Under the pieces are notes generated by a model. It was not told where the DNA came from and made no database searches. It worked only from the letters and a program-made list of their open reading frames with translations. Below, piece after piece: positions 11,737 through 23,706 of a DNA stretch of 64,000 nucleotides (positions within the stretch are counted from its first letter, which is position 1; every line of letters begins with the position of its first letter). Made by a program: the position numbers and the translations under genes. Location of the stretch: contig CP154954.1 in NCBI GenBank assembly GCA_039621445.1, positions 23,014,954 through 23,078,953 of the forward strand, given 5' to 3'. This stretch comes from Euglena gracilis. Its lineage: Eukaryota.

Positions 11737-12821
11737 GTCGACTAGGCGGTCATATCCGCACTAGGAAACAAAAGCCTACTTACAGAACCGACTGCCGACG
11801 ACATCTTTGCGGGGGTGGGGAGAAAGTAGAGAGGAGAGGGGGACTGGCTTAGGCCAAAACAGAATTTTTGATGTCTGGCAGCCTTAAGGGCCCTTATTGG
11901 CCGAAAAGTGACAAGAAGGCCAATTATTACGGCGTGCGCGCTGTGTGCTGTGTGTCACTTAGCGGCTTTCCAGGTTTGCCGGCTGCCAAGGTTGTGCGCG
12001 GTCCGAGGGTGCCCGCCCCAAGGGAGGGTCCCAAGGTGGCCCAAAGGGGCCACGAAGGGCCGCGAGGGGGCACCAAGTCCCCCAAGGGCCTTTTGAGGAC
12101 CCACTGGCCCCCATGGGGGCCCCACATCCCATTTTGACCATGCCAAGGGAAGGTAAAGGAGAGGGGAGGTGGAGGGACCCAACAGGCAACACCCAAGGGG
12201 ATGTGCAAGCCCCTCTGGGGTTTGAGCAAGCGTGTGCACCCCCTTGGAGGGCGCTGGGATGGTGCAATTCATTAAGAATTGCGCAAAGTATACCAAGTAG
12301 CCCCTCCAGCTGTAGCCCCCCTCCAATTGTACATTTTCTGCGCAGGGCTCTGTTCACACTCTGTCATTTTTGTTCACCAATTGTGTTGCATTGCAAGTGC
12401 AATTCAAAGTTCAAATCAAGGAAAGTACAAATTACAAATTTCACGTTCAAGTCTCATTGCTCAAGTATTCAAGTTCATTTGTTGAAGCAAAAGTATGTCT
12501 TTTACCCATTCTTCAACATCTCCATCTACACCAACACCCACCCCTACCCCACTGTTTCACCAAGGTGAAAACCCCCACCAGGTGGGCCCGACGGGCTCAA
12601 ATTTTAACGATCCTACGCGGGTTGCGCCACCAGGGGTCCCTTCACAGGGACCTCAGGAGAGGCAACCCTTACAAGGTCTTCACAGCAACAGCTCCTTCAC
12701 GACGTAATAAGAGGCGCTTACCTCTTGCCTACCCAGTAGTTTTCCTTTGATGGTCTGGAAGGATGTTCTTTCTTATTCACCGAAAAATACAGGCTTCAGG
12801 CTTCCTTTCTTCCCACGTCCC

Positions 12822-15800
12822 CTATTCCTCTTCAGTATTCTCATTCGGTCTGCTGTCAATTCTGCGTACCCTTGGCTGTATGAGGCTTAGTAGGTTGTGA
12901 ATCCCAGGAATGCCTGCCAGTAATCTGAGTTCAGGGCATCTTCCACAGGCGACCAACTGGAATTGTGGTGGTGGTGGCCTGTCCACCAGCCAGGTTTCTG
13001 GCGATGCGTAGTCGAAGTAAGTTGCCACCCAGTCCCGAACCCACCCTTTGGGGACTGCCTGCTTGGTTATGCTCGCTCTTTCCGCGAGGAACCACTGCAG
13101 CGTCTCCCAGAATTTTCTGGGCAGAGTGGCTGGCCAGATGAAGTAGTTCATCCGAGGGAGATTGGCTGACTCCTGCGGGACATTCCCCGGGTGGAAGTCA
13201 ATTGGCATGTGATACGCACACTCCGCGCGGACTGTATGGGGTCATAATACGTCCCCAAGCCAGTATTTCCAGGTCTACCCGTGGTTTTCGGGTGGCCATT
13301 GTGGTAGGCACCAGCGACCATTTCGGTCCTTGGTTGTGAATAGGAGGAAAAATCTTTTCCCTGTCCGCTCTCTCCCAGAGGTAAGGTAATCTCACCTCTG
13401 CCTCCTCGGCAGCGAGGCGTATCGCCCCACTGTCGATCAGCCTCCCACGGGCCATTCCCGTGTGGCGGTAGTCGTGGAGCTTGAGGTTGGAGTACTTTGA
13501 AAAAGTCCTTGTACTTTTTGTGCGAGGTGGAGAATTCCTCCAGTGGCTTCTGGCCGCTTGGCACGATTGTGCGAACTGCGCCTTCCGCAGGTTCTCAGAA
13601 GGTACCTCGAAGGCAGTTGACGCAGAGCAGTGGCGGATTCGTACCATCTCGCTCCGTGTAGTGGAAAGTGTGCTTGTGTGTCCAACTGTCCACACACTTG
13701 GTGCATACGAAGTCGATGATAACTTCGTCTTCCGAAGGTGTCTCAGGTGTTGAGGCACGGGATTTTCCCTGCCCTTTTGACTGAGGTGTCGGCTGTGAGG
13801 TTTTCCCATAGCCGGATGACGCGACGTGCATCCTTGTCCCGATGTTAATCCCCGAGAAGAGGATGCAGCACCCTGGCCGCCAGCACCACCATTGCCTTTC
13901 GGGGGGGGCTGATCACCAGATTTCGGTGTGGGCTTGCAAGCGGCGGCACCCGGCTTTCCTTTTTCCCGGGCCTTCGGACTTCCGGTTTCTGTAGTGTCCA
14001 ATGGCCGCCGTTCGGCGTCGCGCTTGCTCGCCCAGGTGCGTGGTGACGCTTGGGACGGGATTCTTCTCCACGAAACCGAACGTTGTTGTCCTTCAGCAGG
14101 GGTTTCCCGAGCTGAGGGTCGACCTACACGCTCATTCGCGGTACCCGTGGGTTTCCCAGGGGCAGCTGTGGGGGATGCTGTTGGTTCAGGCGTTGCCGGC
14201 GCGCTTCGCGCTGGTTGAGCCTGTGGTGGAGAAATGTACGTCCACTCAGCCTGTTTTTCAGGTGCCGGTGTACGTGTGCCTTGACGCTTCGGAGGAGTGA
14301 TTGTGGCTGTGCCCTGAGGAGCGTGTTCATCCCGTGCCTGGGGTGGCGCTACCGGCGCTGATACAGGTTCATCCTGCACTGGCACGGTTGGTGTTGTCTT
14401 CACTGCCAATGCTGTCTGTTCGCCTTCCGTCCGTGTCGCTTCCGACACCGGCGGTGGCGCTGCCGATGGGGGAGGTTCATCCTCCACCAAGGGTGCAGGA
14501 TCAGGTGTTTCTTCCGCCGGCTGGGCAGTTTTCGCCGCAGCTGTGGAAGAACTGACCGCAGTGCCACGTGGAGTGACAACTGCGATCAGTGACCGCAAAA
14601 CACCGAATACGCGTCCGCCCAGCAAGGTGCGCCGCTCAGGTCCTTCACCTGAAGTGGGATCCTCCGCTGGCTCCTCTGTCGACGGGATTTCCCTGGAAAC
14701 AGGGAGCTTGAGGAGAAATACCTCAGGCGTGTGGGGTACTGTCTCCCGCGGGTTTTCCCGCGGAGGGGCCGGTACGCTTGTCGTACTCAGTGAGGTTGGT
14801 GTCTGTGGTACAGGTGTAATTTCACCTGCCGGCGATCCTGGGCGCTGGGCACTTTCTGCCACAGTGTCCAGCATCACGACAGATGGGTTACGGGTTTCCC
14901 GTGCCAGAGGTTCCGCTGACTGAGGTTCACCATCGGCCGTTGGGACCGCTTCCTCCTCCTCCTCCGCTTCCGGAGGGGATTCCTCTCTGTGCAGATGTGC
15001 TGCAGAACGCGTGTCATTTCCGCTCCTGTAGCACCCTCGTGCACATAACAGGCGATAGAAGGTTATACTTTCACTCCTGTCAGAGTTGGGGTATGGGGGC
15101 GGCCATGACGCTCTTACCCAGCTTCCGGGTTGATGTTCTGGCTCGTCCTCGCTGATCATGCAGAGGTCTTCCCACTGCATTCGACGGTTGCAGCTCATGC
15201 CGTATTGTCCTGTGTATTCCTGGAAGGCGGGCAGCGGCAAAACATAGCGTGGTTGTTTTTCTACGTTTGCCGCATCGAAGGCTTCGAAGTCTTCCCAGAC
15301 CAGGATATTCCCGAACTTGGTGTCCATGTGCTCCTGGAGACAAATTTCGGCCTCCTGCAAGTCCGGCCGCAGGTTCATCCTGCGTCGGTCTGGATCATTG
15401 TGTCTGGCGTCCACCTCGGTGTATCCCCGGGGTAGCCACTTCCTATTGATATCCAAAGCAGTGATCATGAATTCCAGGAAAAAAATGTAAACCTCCAGGA
15501 CGTAGGTAATAAACGCCCTGTGCCAGTATCGTTGCAGCGAAAATATTTTCTGCCGGTTCAGTTTTAGCACCTTTCGGTCTTGCGCTCCGCTCTGAGGATT
15601 CCGGCACTGTTGCAGGAGAAACCTCCTGGTCCTCTGGCTGCGGGCATTCTCGGCAGTCGGAGGCGGTTTTCCACGTTCTCCGAAACCCCAGAAGTCAACA
15701 ATGTACTTCTTTGCAAAACTGGCATTCCAGTTTGTACCGTCGGAGGTACGCGAGGTTGACGTCCAGCACCTTGAACAGAGTGCCACATGCTGTCCAAGTA

Positions 15801-17270
15801 GATTTGCAGATTGCATGTGAACATTACCGCGGCCTGCGCCTGGAGTTTCTACGGCAGGGGGTAATATTTCCACTGGATTCCCAGTGCTCCGACGGAATAC
15901 ATGTGGTTGAAGACTTCCTTCAACTGTGCTACGAAAGTTTCGTCGTCCGGACATATTCCCAAACAGTCAATATACGTCTGACCGTTTCGGCCGTTAAAGA
16001 TTCCAAAGTTCTGGCAGGGGTATCCCAACCAGAACCACAGCTCCCAGAAACCCGACATCCGGTCCAAGACGACTTCATCCGCATGAGGGTATCCCTCAAA
16101 CGCATGAAGTTCGGAACTGTAGAAAGATCTTTTTCAGTGATCGTATGTACGATTCTGCACCACTTCGAGCACCGCATCAAGTGGTCGGTGGATCACTTCC
16201 TTGCGCGTGTGTACTTCTGGAGATCCTCGTCGATTTTAGACAGGATCTCCTGAAGGTAGTTGAACACCAGGGAAACGTCGTAATCCTTCGTTTTCGAAGT
16301 TTCGGCGGCTTTCCCGCCTTTTCCTGCTGGGGGTCCGGCAGATTTTCCGCCTTTGCCTGGAGCTGGCCAAGCGGCCTTTCCGCCTTTGCCAGGTGGGGCT
16401 TTCCCACCTTTCTCTGGCCTTTTCCTTTTCCCTTACCCTTGCCCTTTCATTTGAGCGCTGTGGGTACTGTCAGACGTGGCGGAAGGGTTTCCTTCCGCGT
16501 GGCGTCTTGGCATATGGTCAGGTATGGCAGGGTGGGGTTGAGGTGGATACACGTACTGATCTCGTGGCACTGGTGCCTCCTGGGGATAATCCCCAGAGAC
16601 GGTGTACTGAGCCACATGCTCCTGCGCGGGATAATCCCGCCGGGGCATGCGCTCAGGGGATCGAAAAAAACTTTCTTTCACGCGTAGTCCGGTCACTCCG
16701 GACAGGTGCTTCCCCTGTCTCTTCCTCGGGTATTCTGGGGAGTGAGCACGGAAATGCACGGTGTAAGTGCCAACTGACGGTACCTGCGGTGCTACCTGTG
16801 GTGGGACTTCCAAGCCCAGTTCACGCATGGTAATGTCCGCCGCGACTCCCGATGTGTCCGAGTCGGTGTAATACGCCGAACCGGTCATCATCGCCTGGGC
16901 GCTCATACACCACAGGGCTGGAGGGGTATTCGCGATTGTCAGTGTCTGACGGCAGTGGTCATCACACAACACCTGGGTGAGGTGGTCTGGTGCCGGGTTT
17001 GCGCTCATACGAATAACACGGTTCATCGTCTCCGCCGTGCAATGGAGCATCACACCCGCATACGGTGGGAGGCTATGATGGCCTGATGGCTGAGATGACC
17101 ACGCTTCCGCGGGCATCTGTGTCAACCTGGTACTGCTGCTGGCTTCAGGGTTTCCCTGGTGCAGGTGGCTGCGTACCGTATTGGTACGCATATTGGTCAG
17201 GTTGACGGTGAGTGGTGGGGTGGTAAGGCGGCCCTCCGCCTGGCTCACTTACACCGGGCAGCATGATACC
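12822..17270 (-). pseudogene. Large unknown 3' accessory ORF of the D family, fragmented (16433..17248, 15849..16407, 13198..15954, 12822..13208)
   Basis: Same strand as pol; conserved in copy D2; alternating globular W/C-rich and P/A/T/KG-rich blocks; no recognisable family. Confidence 0.6.
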
Positions 17271-17419
17271 GCCCGGGGGCGGTACGGTAGAATGGTTGGG
17301 TTGTTGGTTGTCAGTTGGTAAGGGTAACCGCTTGAGTATTGTCTGGCAAAAATACTTCTGCGGAAAGAAAGAATGATAAGAATCAATTGAAAAATGAAAA
17401 GAAAACAACATGGGTTTCC

Positions 17420-18026
17420 CATGCGTTCTCAAAAACTTGTCATGGTAGCATCGATGTTATGCTTCTTGTTCCACAGCTTCCAATCTTGCTGGACATACCC
17501 AACAAAACTGGTTGCTGGCTCCCAAGTGTCCTCCTCGGATACAGGTTCCAGCAGACCTTCCAAAGGTGCATACCTTTGTCGATTTTGTGGTCGATAATTT
17601 TATCGACTACAAAGTCGTCCGTCTCAGGAAATCTGGAACGGGGCTTGAGGTGCAGGCACGGGATAGGTTTCCCATCCGGCGGTGACAGGTGTGGCTTGAT
17701 GGCGTCCATATGAACGTCCTCACCACCATTCGGTAATGCAACCTTGTATCGCCCGCTGGTACCTAGTCTTTCTAGGATTTCACAGGGGCCGAGCCTACGG
17801 GGGTCCAGCTTGGAAGATTGCATGCAAGGACGGCTATTCCGAACCCACACGCGGTCAACGGGACTATACATAGATGACTTTGAAGTTCTGCAAAAATGAT
17901 TTTCTTTTAGTTGAATGAACATCAGTGACTCGCTTCTGGACTGCAGAACGTAGATTTTCTACTTCCGCAAACCACGTCTCGCAACTGACAGTCGTTCGAA
18001 GGGGTCTCTTCGAAGGGACATCCCCT
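17420..18026 (-). pseudogene. pol: D1 integrase C-terminus and chromodomain
   Basis: VWVRN..KLDPRRLGPCEILE; DDFVVDKIIDHKIDKGMHLWKV..EEDTWEPA. Confidence 0.85.
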
Positions 18027-18031
18027 GATTA

Positions 18032-18307
18032 TCAGCTGAGCAGGGAGGGGTTGAAACCCCAAAGGCACCCCCCTTGGAGATCCGAGTGACACCCCCCTCA
18101 GGGGTCAGGGAGGGTCCACTTGGAGGTTCCTCCTTGGAAATGATGGCCCAGTTTCGGCCACAGGGCGGGGCCAGAATGGGAAAAAATTTCCGACACAAGT
18201 CGGCTCGAGGTGCCAAAAAACGATCCTACGCCGGAAACTGGCCCAGGGCGGGGGTTTCCGCTTCACCCCAGTGTTGCCGAGGGACATGGCAGCACGGGTG
18301 TGAAACA
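18032..18307 (+). repeat. Distal part of element B 3' LTR, displaced by inversion; ends TGAAACA then CCACA target duplication
   Basis: Reverse complement of 34037-34312. Confidence 0.9.
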
Positions 18308-21167
18308 CCACACCGAAATCTGGTGATCAGCCCCCCCCCCCCCGAAAGGCGGTGGTGGTGCTGGCGGCCAGGGTGCTGCATCCTCTTCTCGGGGATTAAC
18401 ACCGGGACAAGGATTCACGTCGCGTCATCCGGCTATGGGAAAACCTCACAGCCGAGACCTCAGTCAAAAGGTCAGGGAAAATCCCGTGCCTCAACACCTG
18501 AGACACCTTCGGAAGACGAAGTTGTCATCGACTGGAACGCGATCAATCAGGATGATCATTAGACTCATGACCTGAAAAACAGGTTATGATGATCGACCAC
18601 AAACTGAGGACAAATAAACGCCTCAATCGATGGATTGTGCAACTGTTCTGTCAGGGCCGAAAATGGTTCTTTGATCAGAACGTGACCAGGAATCATTACA
18701 ATTCTAGATCCCCTCGTGTTTTGGCCCAATACTTCGGCGAGGAATTCCTTGTCGATAGAACGACGGAAAAACGTTTTGTGTGGCTTTGCACGGTATGCAC
18801 AAGATGTATAACAGTGCACCTGACTTTGGATTACCCCTCGTCCACGTGTGCAATCCTGTGGATCGGAAATCATTCCACAAGGATGCATACATCCCCAATT
18901 GTGCCGCCTTGGTATGCACCAAGTCTGTGGACAGTTGGACCCACACGCACACCTTCCACTACACGGAGCGAGATGGTACGAATGTGCCACTGCTCTGTGC
19001 CAACTTCCTTCGAGGTAACTTCTGAGAAACTGCGGAAGGCGCAGTTCGCACAATCGTGCCAAGCGGGAATGGCCCGTGGGTAGCAGATCGACAGTGGGGC
19101 GATAGGCCTCGCTACCGAGGAGGCAGAGGTGAGATTACCTTACCTCTGGGAGACAGCGGACAGGGAAAAGATTTTTCCTCCTGTTCACAACCCAGGACCG
19201 AAATGGTCGCTGGTGCCTACCACAATGGCCACCCGAAAACCACGGGTAGACATGGAAATACTCGCTTGGGGCCGTATTATGTCCCCATACAGTCCGCGCG
19301 GAGTGTGCGTATCACATGCCAATTGACTTCCACCAGGGGAATGTCCCGCAGGAGTCAGCCAATCTCCCTCGGATGAACTACTTCATCTGGCCAGCCACTC
19401 TGCCCAGAAAATTCTGGGAGAAGCTGCAGTGGTTCCTCGCGGAAAGAGCGAGCATAACCAAGCAGGCAGTCCCCAAAGGGTGGGTTCGGGAATGGGTGGC
19501 AACTTACTTCGACTACGCATCGCCAGAAACCTGGCTGGTGGACAGGCCACCACCACCACAATTCCAGTTGGTCGCCTCTGGAAGATGCCCTGAACTCAGA
19601 TTACTGGCAGGCATTACTGGGATTCACAAGCTACTAAGCCTCATACAGCCAAGGGTACGCAGAATTGGCAGCAGACCGAATGAGAATACTGAAGAGGAAT
19701 AGGGGACGTGGGAAGAAAGGAAGCCTGAAGCCTGTATTTTTCGGTGAATAAGAAAGAACATCCTTCCAGACCATCAAAGGAAAACTACTGGGTAGGCAAG
19801 AGGTAAGCGCCTCTTATTACGTCGTGAAGGAGCTGTTGCTGTGAAGACCTTGTAAGGGTTGCCTCTCCTGAGGTCCCTGTGAAGGGACCCCTGGTGGCGC
19901 AACCCGCGTAGGATCGTTAAAATTTGAGCCCGTCGGGCTCACCTGGTGGGGGTTTTCACCTTGGTGAAACAGTGGGGTAGGGGTGGGTGTTGGTGTAGAT
20001 GGAGATGTTAAAGAATGGGTAAAAGACATACTTTTGCTTCAACAAATGAACTTGAATACTTGATCAATGAGACTTGAACTTGAAATTTGTAATTTGTACT
20101 TTCCTTGATTTGAACTTTGAATTGCACTTTCAATGCAACACAATTGGTGAACAAAAATGACAGAGTGTGAACAGAGCCCTGCGCAGAAAATGTACAATTG
20201 GAGGGGGCTACAGCTGGAGGGGCTACTTGGTATGCTTTGCGCAATTCTTAATGAATTGCACCATCCCAAGCGCCTACCAAGGGGGTGCGCACACTTGCTC
20301 AAACCCCTGAGGGGCTTGCACGTCCCCTTGGGGGATGCCTGTTGGGCCCCTCCACCTTCCCACTCCTTTACGTTAACTTGGCTTGGTCAAAATGGGATGT
20401 GGGGCCCCCATGGGGAACAGTGGCTCCTCAAAAGGCCCTTGGGGGACTTGGTGCCCCCTCGCGGCCCTTCGTGGCCCCTTTGGGCCACCTTGGGACCCTC
20501 CCTTGGGGCAGGCACCCTCGGACCGCGCACAACCTTGGCAGCCGGGAAACCTGGCAAGCCGCTAAGTGACACACAGCACACAGCACACACGCCGTAATAA
20601 TAGGCCTACTTGTCACTTTTCGGCCAATAAGGGCCCTTAAGGCTGCCAGACATCAAAAATTCCGTTTTGGCCTAAGCCAGTCCCCCTCTCCTCTCTACTT
20701 TCTCCCCACCCACGCAAAGATGTCGTCGGCAGTCGGTTCTGTAAGTAGGCTTTTGTTCCTAGTGCGGATATGACCGCCTAGTCGCCCTATCCGGGTATGA
20801 CCAGGATAGGAGCCTCCCCCCCCCCTTCCACACCACTCCCTTCGGGTTTTCAGTGAATAAGACCAACCCCTCGTGCCTTTGGCACACCGAAAGTGGGTGG
20901 ACGGGAGACTTTCACAGAAAACTTGCCAGCCCGGTTTCCCACAGTGGGCTTTTTCACACCCCACCTAAGCCGCAACAGCTAATAGGTAACCGCGAGACGC
21001 GTCTAACGATTTGCGCGTTTTTGGGCTTTGGGTGGATGTCACTGTGCGGAAAGGAGAGACAGCAAATGGAGTAGTAGTTGACCCCACAGGGGAAGCGTCT
21101 GATATCCAGACTGGACCTGGGAATCAATGGTCCAGGAAGGACATCTGGCGTAGTCCTGGGAGGGGGA
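18308..21167 (+). mobile_element. D2 distal 3' region (end of accessory ORF, 3' UTR, PPT GGGAGGGGGA 21158-21167), inside the inverted segment
   Basis: Reverse complement of 11739-13930 plus an extra ~380 bp at ~18530-18910 absent from D1. Confidence 0.85.
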
Positions 21168-21595
21168 TGTGTACCAGGCACGTGCCAGCTCTGTAGGATA
21201 TCTGCAGAGTGGGTTCTGTGACGATCGCACGACTCTGGAAACCACAGTTGGTAAGATCGTGGCAGACCCTTCTGGGATCTGCCCCTGGACACTTCAGCAC
21301 TTTTCTCTCCTTCCCCCACAGGTGGTAGTGTTTACTGTCAAGCTTCACAAGTTGCACCGTTGGTTTTGTCTGAGGGAAAAACACTCAAAACAACTGAACT
21401 TGAGTTCAGAGGAAACTTCTGCAGTCTTTGTCTTGTGCTTTGCATCTTGGGGAATTGGGAACAAAAGGGGAAAACCACTTTTTGTTACTCTAAAGACTTT
21501 TCCCAACCATAAGTAGGTTGCGCACCAAGGCGAAAGCGACAGGCTTTTTCAGAAAGTCTCAAAAAGGGGAAAATGGAAAGCTGTGGACGTACCCA
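21168..21595 (+). repeat. D2 3' LTR (~428 bp)
   Basis: Follows PPT; starts TGTGTACCAGG and ends GGACGTACCCA; same termini and internal ttgcgcaccaa..gcgaaagcga motif as the E LTR at 48921-49359. Confidence 0.75.
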
Positions 21596-21838
21596 AGTTT
21601 TTGTGCGGGGGTGTTCATTTTGTGGACATTCTTCCATTATATACCGGCCCAAAGGCAATGGTAGAGCAGAGGTAGCCTTGAATGCCGTCGTGAATATGCT
21701 TCCCCTTTCACTGGCTGACTCGCGCAGCAAGGGGATATCAGTTCTACCATGGTATTTGTTTTATATCAATACCCTACCAGGGTTGGTTTTGCTTCACTCG
21801 CCCTGTAAATTCATTTTCGGACGGGACCCTCCGGCCAC
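21596..21838 (+). pseudogene. pol: D1 integrase core fragment (inside the inverted segment)
   Basis: YRPKGNGRAE..SPCKFIFGRDPPA, matches 38820-39057. Confidence 0.85.
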
Positions 21839-22673
21839 GAACCAGTGAGAGCCAACACCCCCCCCCCTGGATGTCATTTCTCCCAGTTTCTGTTCCAAAA
21901 AAAGGGTTTTGGGGTGAAAATTGGCCTGTGGTTGCCTGAGTTGAGGAGTCCCACCCCCCTGCCCCTTTTCCCACAGGTGAGGTGGGGGGAAGACAAACCT
22001 CACCTTCTTCAATTGAGCTTTCTTGATTGATTTGTTGTCCTTCCATTTGCAATTCCAATTGTAAATCCAAGTTCAATGATTGAATGTAATTGGTTGTAGT
22101 TGACACAACAAATGCAATGGTGAAACAAGTGAAGAGGAAAACCCTGTGAAAGAAATATTATTTTGATGCCCCTGATGGGCAGTTAAATTTAGGACTGAGT
22201 GCGCTGATTCCTAAGCGCTGTCAAATCCCAAATCCTAGCCCATTGCATCAAAATCAACCAACCCAAGTCAAAATCAAGGTTTCCTCCCTTGATTTTGATA
22301 AATTATTCTGAATTCCATCATTATTGAGCTTTTCAAACCCCTGCAAAAACTCCAGGAACTCAGGCGCCAATCTCTTAAAATTCTGTTCCAAGCGCTTGCA
22401 AGCGCTCTCACCAAATCCAACATTTTTCCTTAAAACCAAAGGAAAAATGCGTAAAAAGCTTAACATTATGCTAAATAGACCCAAAATCACCCTTTGGGAG
22501 TACCTAGCATCACTCAACCTCTCTCCTTGCACAACCAAACCATGGGCGCCCTAGGAGAGGGAATTTTAATGGAAACCTTTAGAAAGCCTTAAAATTAGAG
22601 CTAAACCACCCTTAAAAAGGCCTTCTAAAAAGGAAAACTCCGCCGCCCGGCGGTCGACCTCAAAAGGTCGTCA
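21839..22673 (-). repeat. Element B 3' LTR, proximal part; PPT at ~22674-22684
   Basis: Direct repeat of 34311-35141; minus strand AACGGGGGGAG|TGACGACC. Confidence 0.9.
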
Positions 22674-23034
22674 CTCCCCCCGTTGCGACGAAAGTCGGGG
22701 GTTTCACCCCCCCTCCTTCTCGCTTTCCTTGGGATGGGGATGAAAGACACTTTGAATTTTTGCAACGCAATTGCCGCAACATTGTTCGGCAACGTGCATA
22801 GGTGGTGGCGTCACGGTGAGGAGGAATCTATAACCCATAGATCCCGTTCCACCACACCGAGCCCCCCCCCCCCCCACGGTTCTCACCACCGTGAAAGGAA
22901 ATGGGGCCTAACACCACTCAAAAAATATCCTTTCTTGAATGGATAAAAATCAGCCCCCCCCACGGTATTCCTAACCGTGAAGGGAATGGAGGGTCCATTA
23001 TCACCAAAAATCCTTTCGGTGATAGATGAAAATC

Positions 23035-23250
23035 AGCTCCCCCCCCGAGGGGAAGTCCTTTGGGAAAAGCTTCCCCCCCCGGCGAGAGGTGGGCTTGACT
23101 TGCCCCCCCCCCGAGGGGAAGGACTTGGGTAAAAGATTGCCCCCCCCCCGGGGAAGAGGTGGGCTTGACTTGACCCCCCCCCGAGGGGAAAGCCTTGGTC
23201 AAATCCCCCCCCGGGCAAAGGGAGGGCTTGGCTTGCCCCCCCCGGGAGGT
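23035..23250 (+). repeat. ~65-70-bp tandem repeat x3 in B 3' UTR
   Basis: Units cccccccgaggggaa..gaggtgggcttgacttg. Confidence 0.75.
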
Positions 23251-23706
23251 TGGAAAAGGCAAATCACTTCATTTTTGGGAAATAATAACATAGCCCCCCC
23301 CCCCCCCAACCGATCAAGCCCACCGGGGTTTCGGGCCTCACTTGCGCAAAGGTGGGGGGGTACGATAAAAATAGCCAATCAAACCGATTGGAGAAAGTGA
23401 CCCCCCACCTCGAGTGCTACCGACCCGTGAGAGGGGAGAAATAAAAAATCACAGATTCCTCTTTCATGACTGTGGGCGCAACGGGGCACAGTGTCGTTCG
23501 AGTGTTGTCAGGTTACACCTTCGGCCTGTCCATCGCTCGTGGAAGCTTGATATTTCAGACTTCGAATAATACTTGAGAATCCGTCTTCAACTCGTCCAAC
23601 TCAGAGTCCCGGCTCCAGGTTCCGTCCTGAGTAAGTACGAGGAGGCAGGAGGCAGGCAGTTGTATATACATCCCATTCCCCATATTTCCAATGCCATGCA
23701 AAGATA

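Larger units (their letters stand above)
1..11738 (-). mobile_element. Element A: decayed Ty3/Gypsy chromodomain LTR retrotransposon (gag, C5-MTase, PR, RT, RH, INT, CHD, probable 3' N6-MTase ORF); 5' end missing where it abuts D1
   Basis: Domain order and a single reading frame 9924->~4200 broken by isolated stops and one compensated frameshift pair near 7900-7960; attribution of 1-1500 to A is inferred. Confidence 0.85.
11739..18026 (-). mobile_element. Element D1: 3' part of a D-family Gypsy element (INT C-terminus, chromodomain, long 3' ORF region, 3' UTR truncated at 11739)
   Basis: Near-identical to 39058-39720 and 18308-20784 (reverse complement) and 35142-38418 (direct). Confidence 0.85.

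Noticed and set aside
11739-11765. Helitron-like 3' end (hairpin plus CTAG)
   Set aside because: The D2 copy continues past this point (20785-21595) to a PPT and LTR, so 11739 is a truncation within a 3' UTR
19988-21246. Alternative LTR TGTTGG..ACCACA followed by TGGTAAG
   Set aside because: 21168-21595 has a better PPT, a terminal inverted repeat and the same termini as the E LTR
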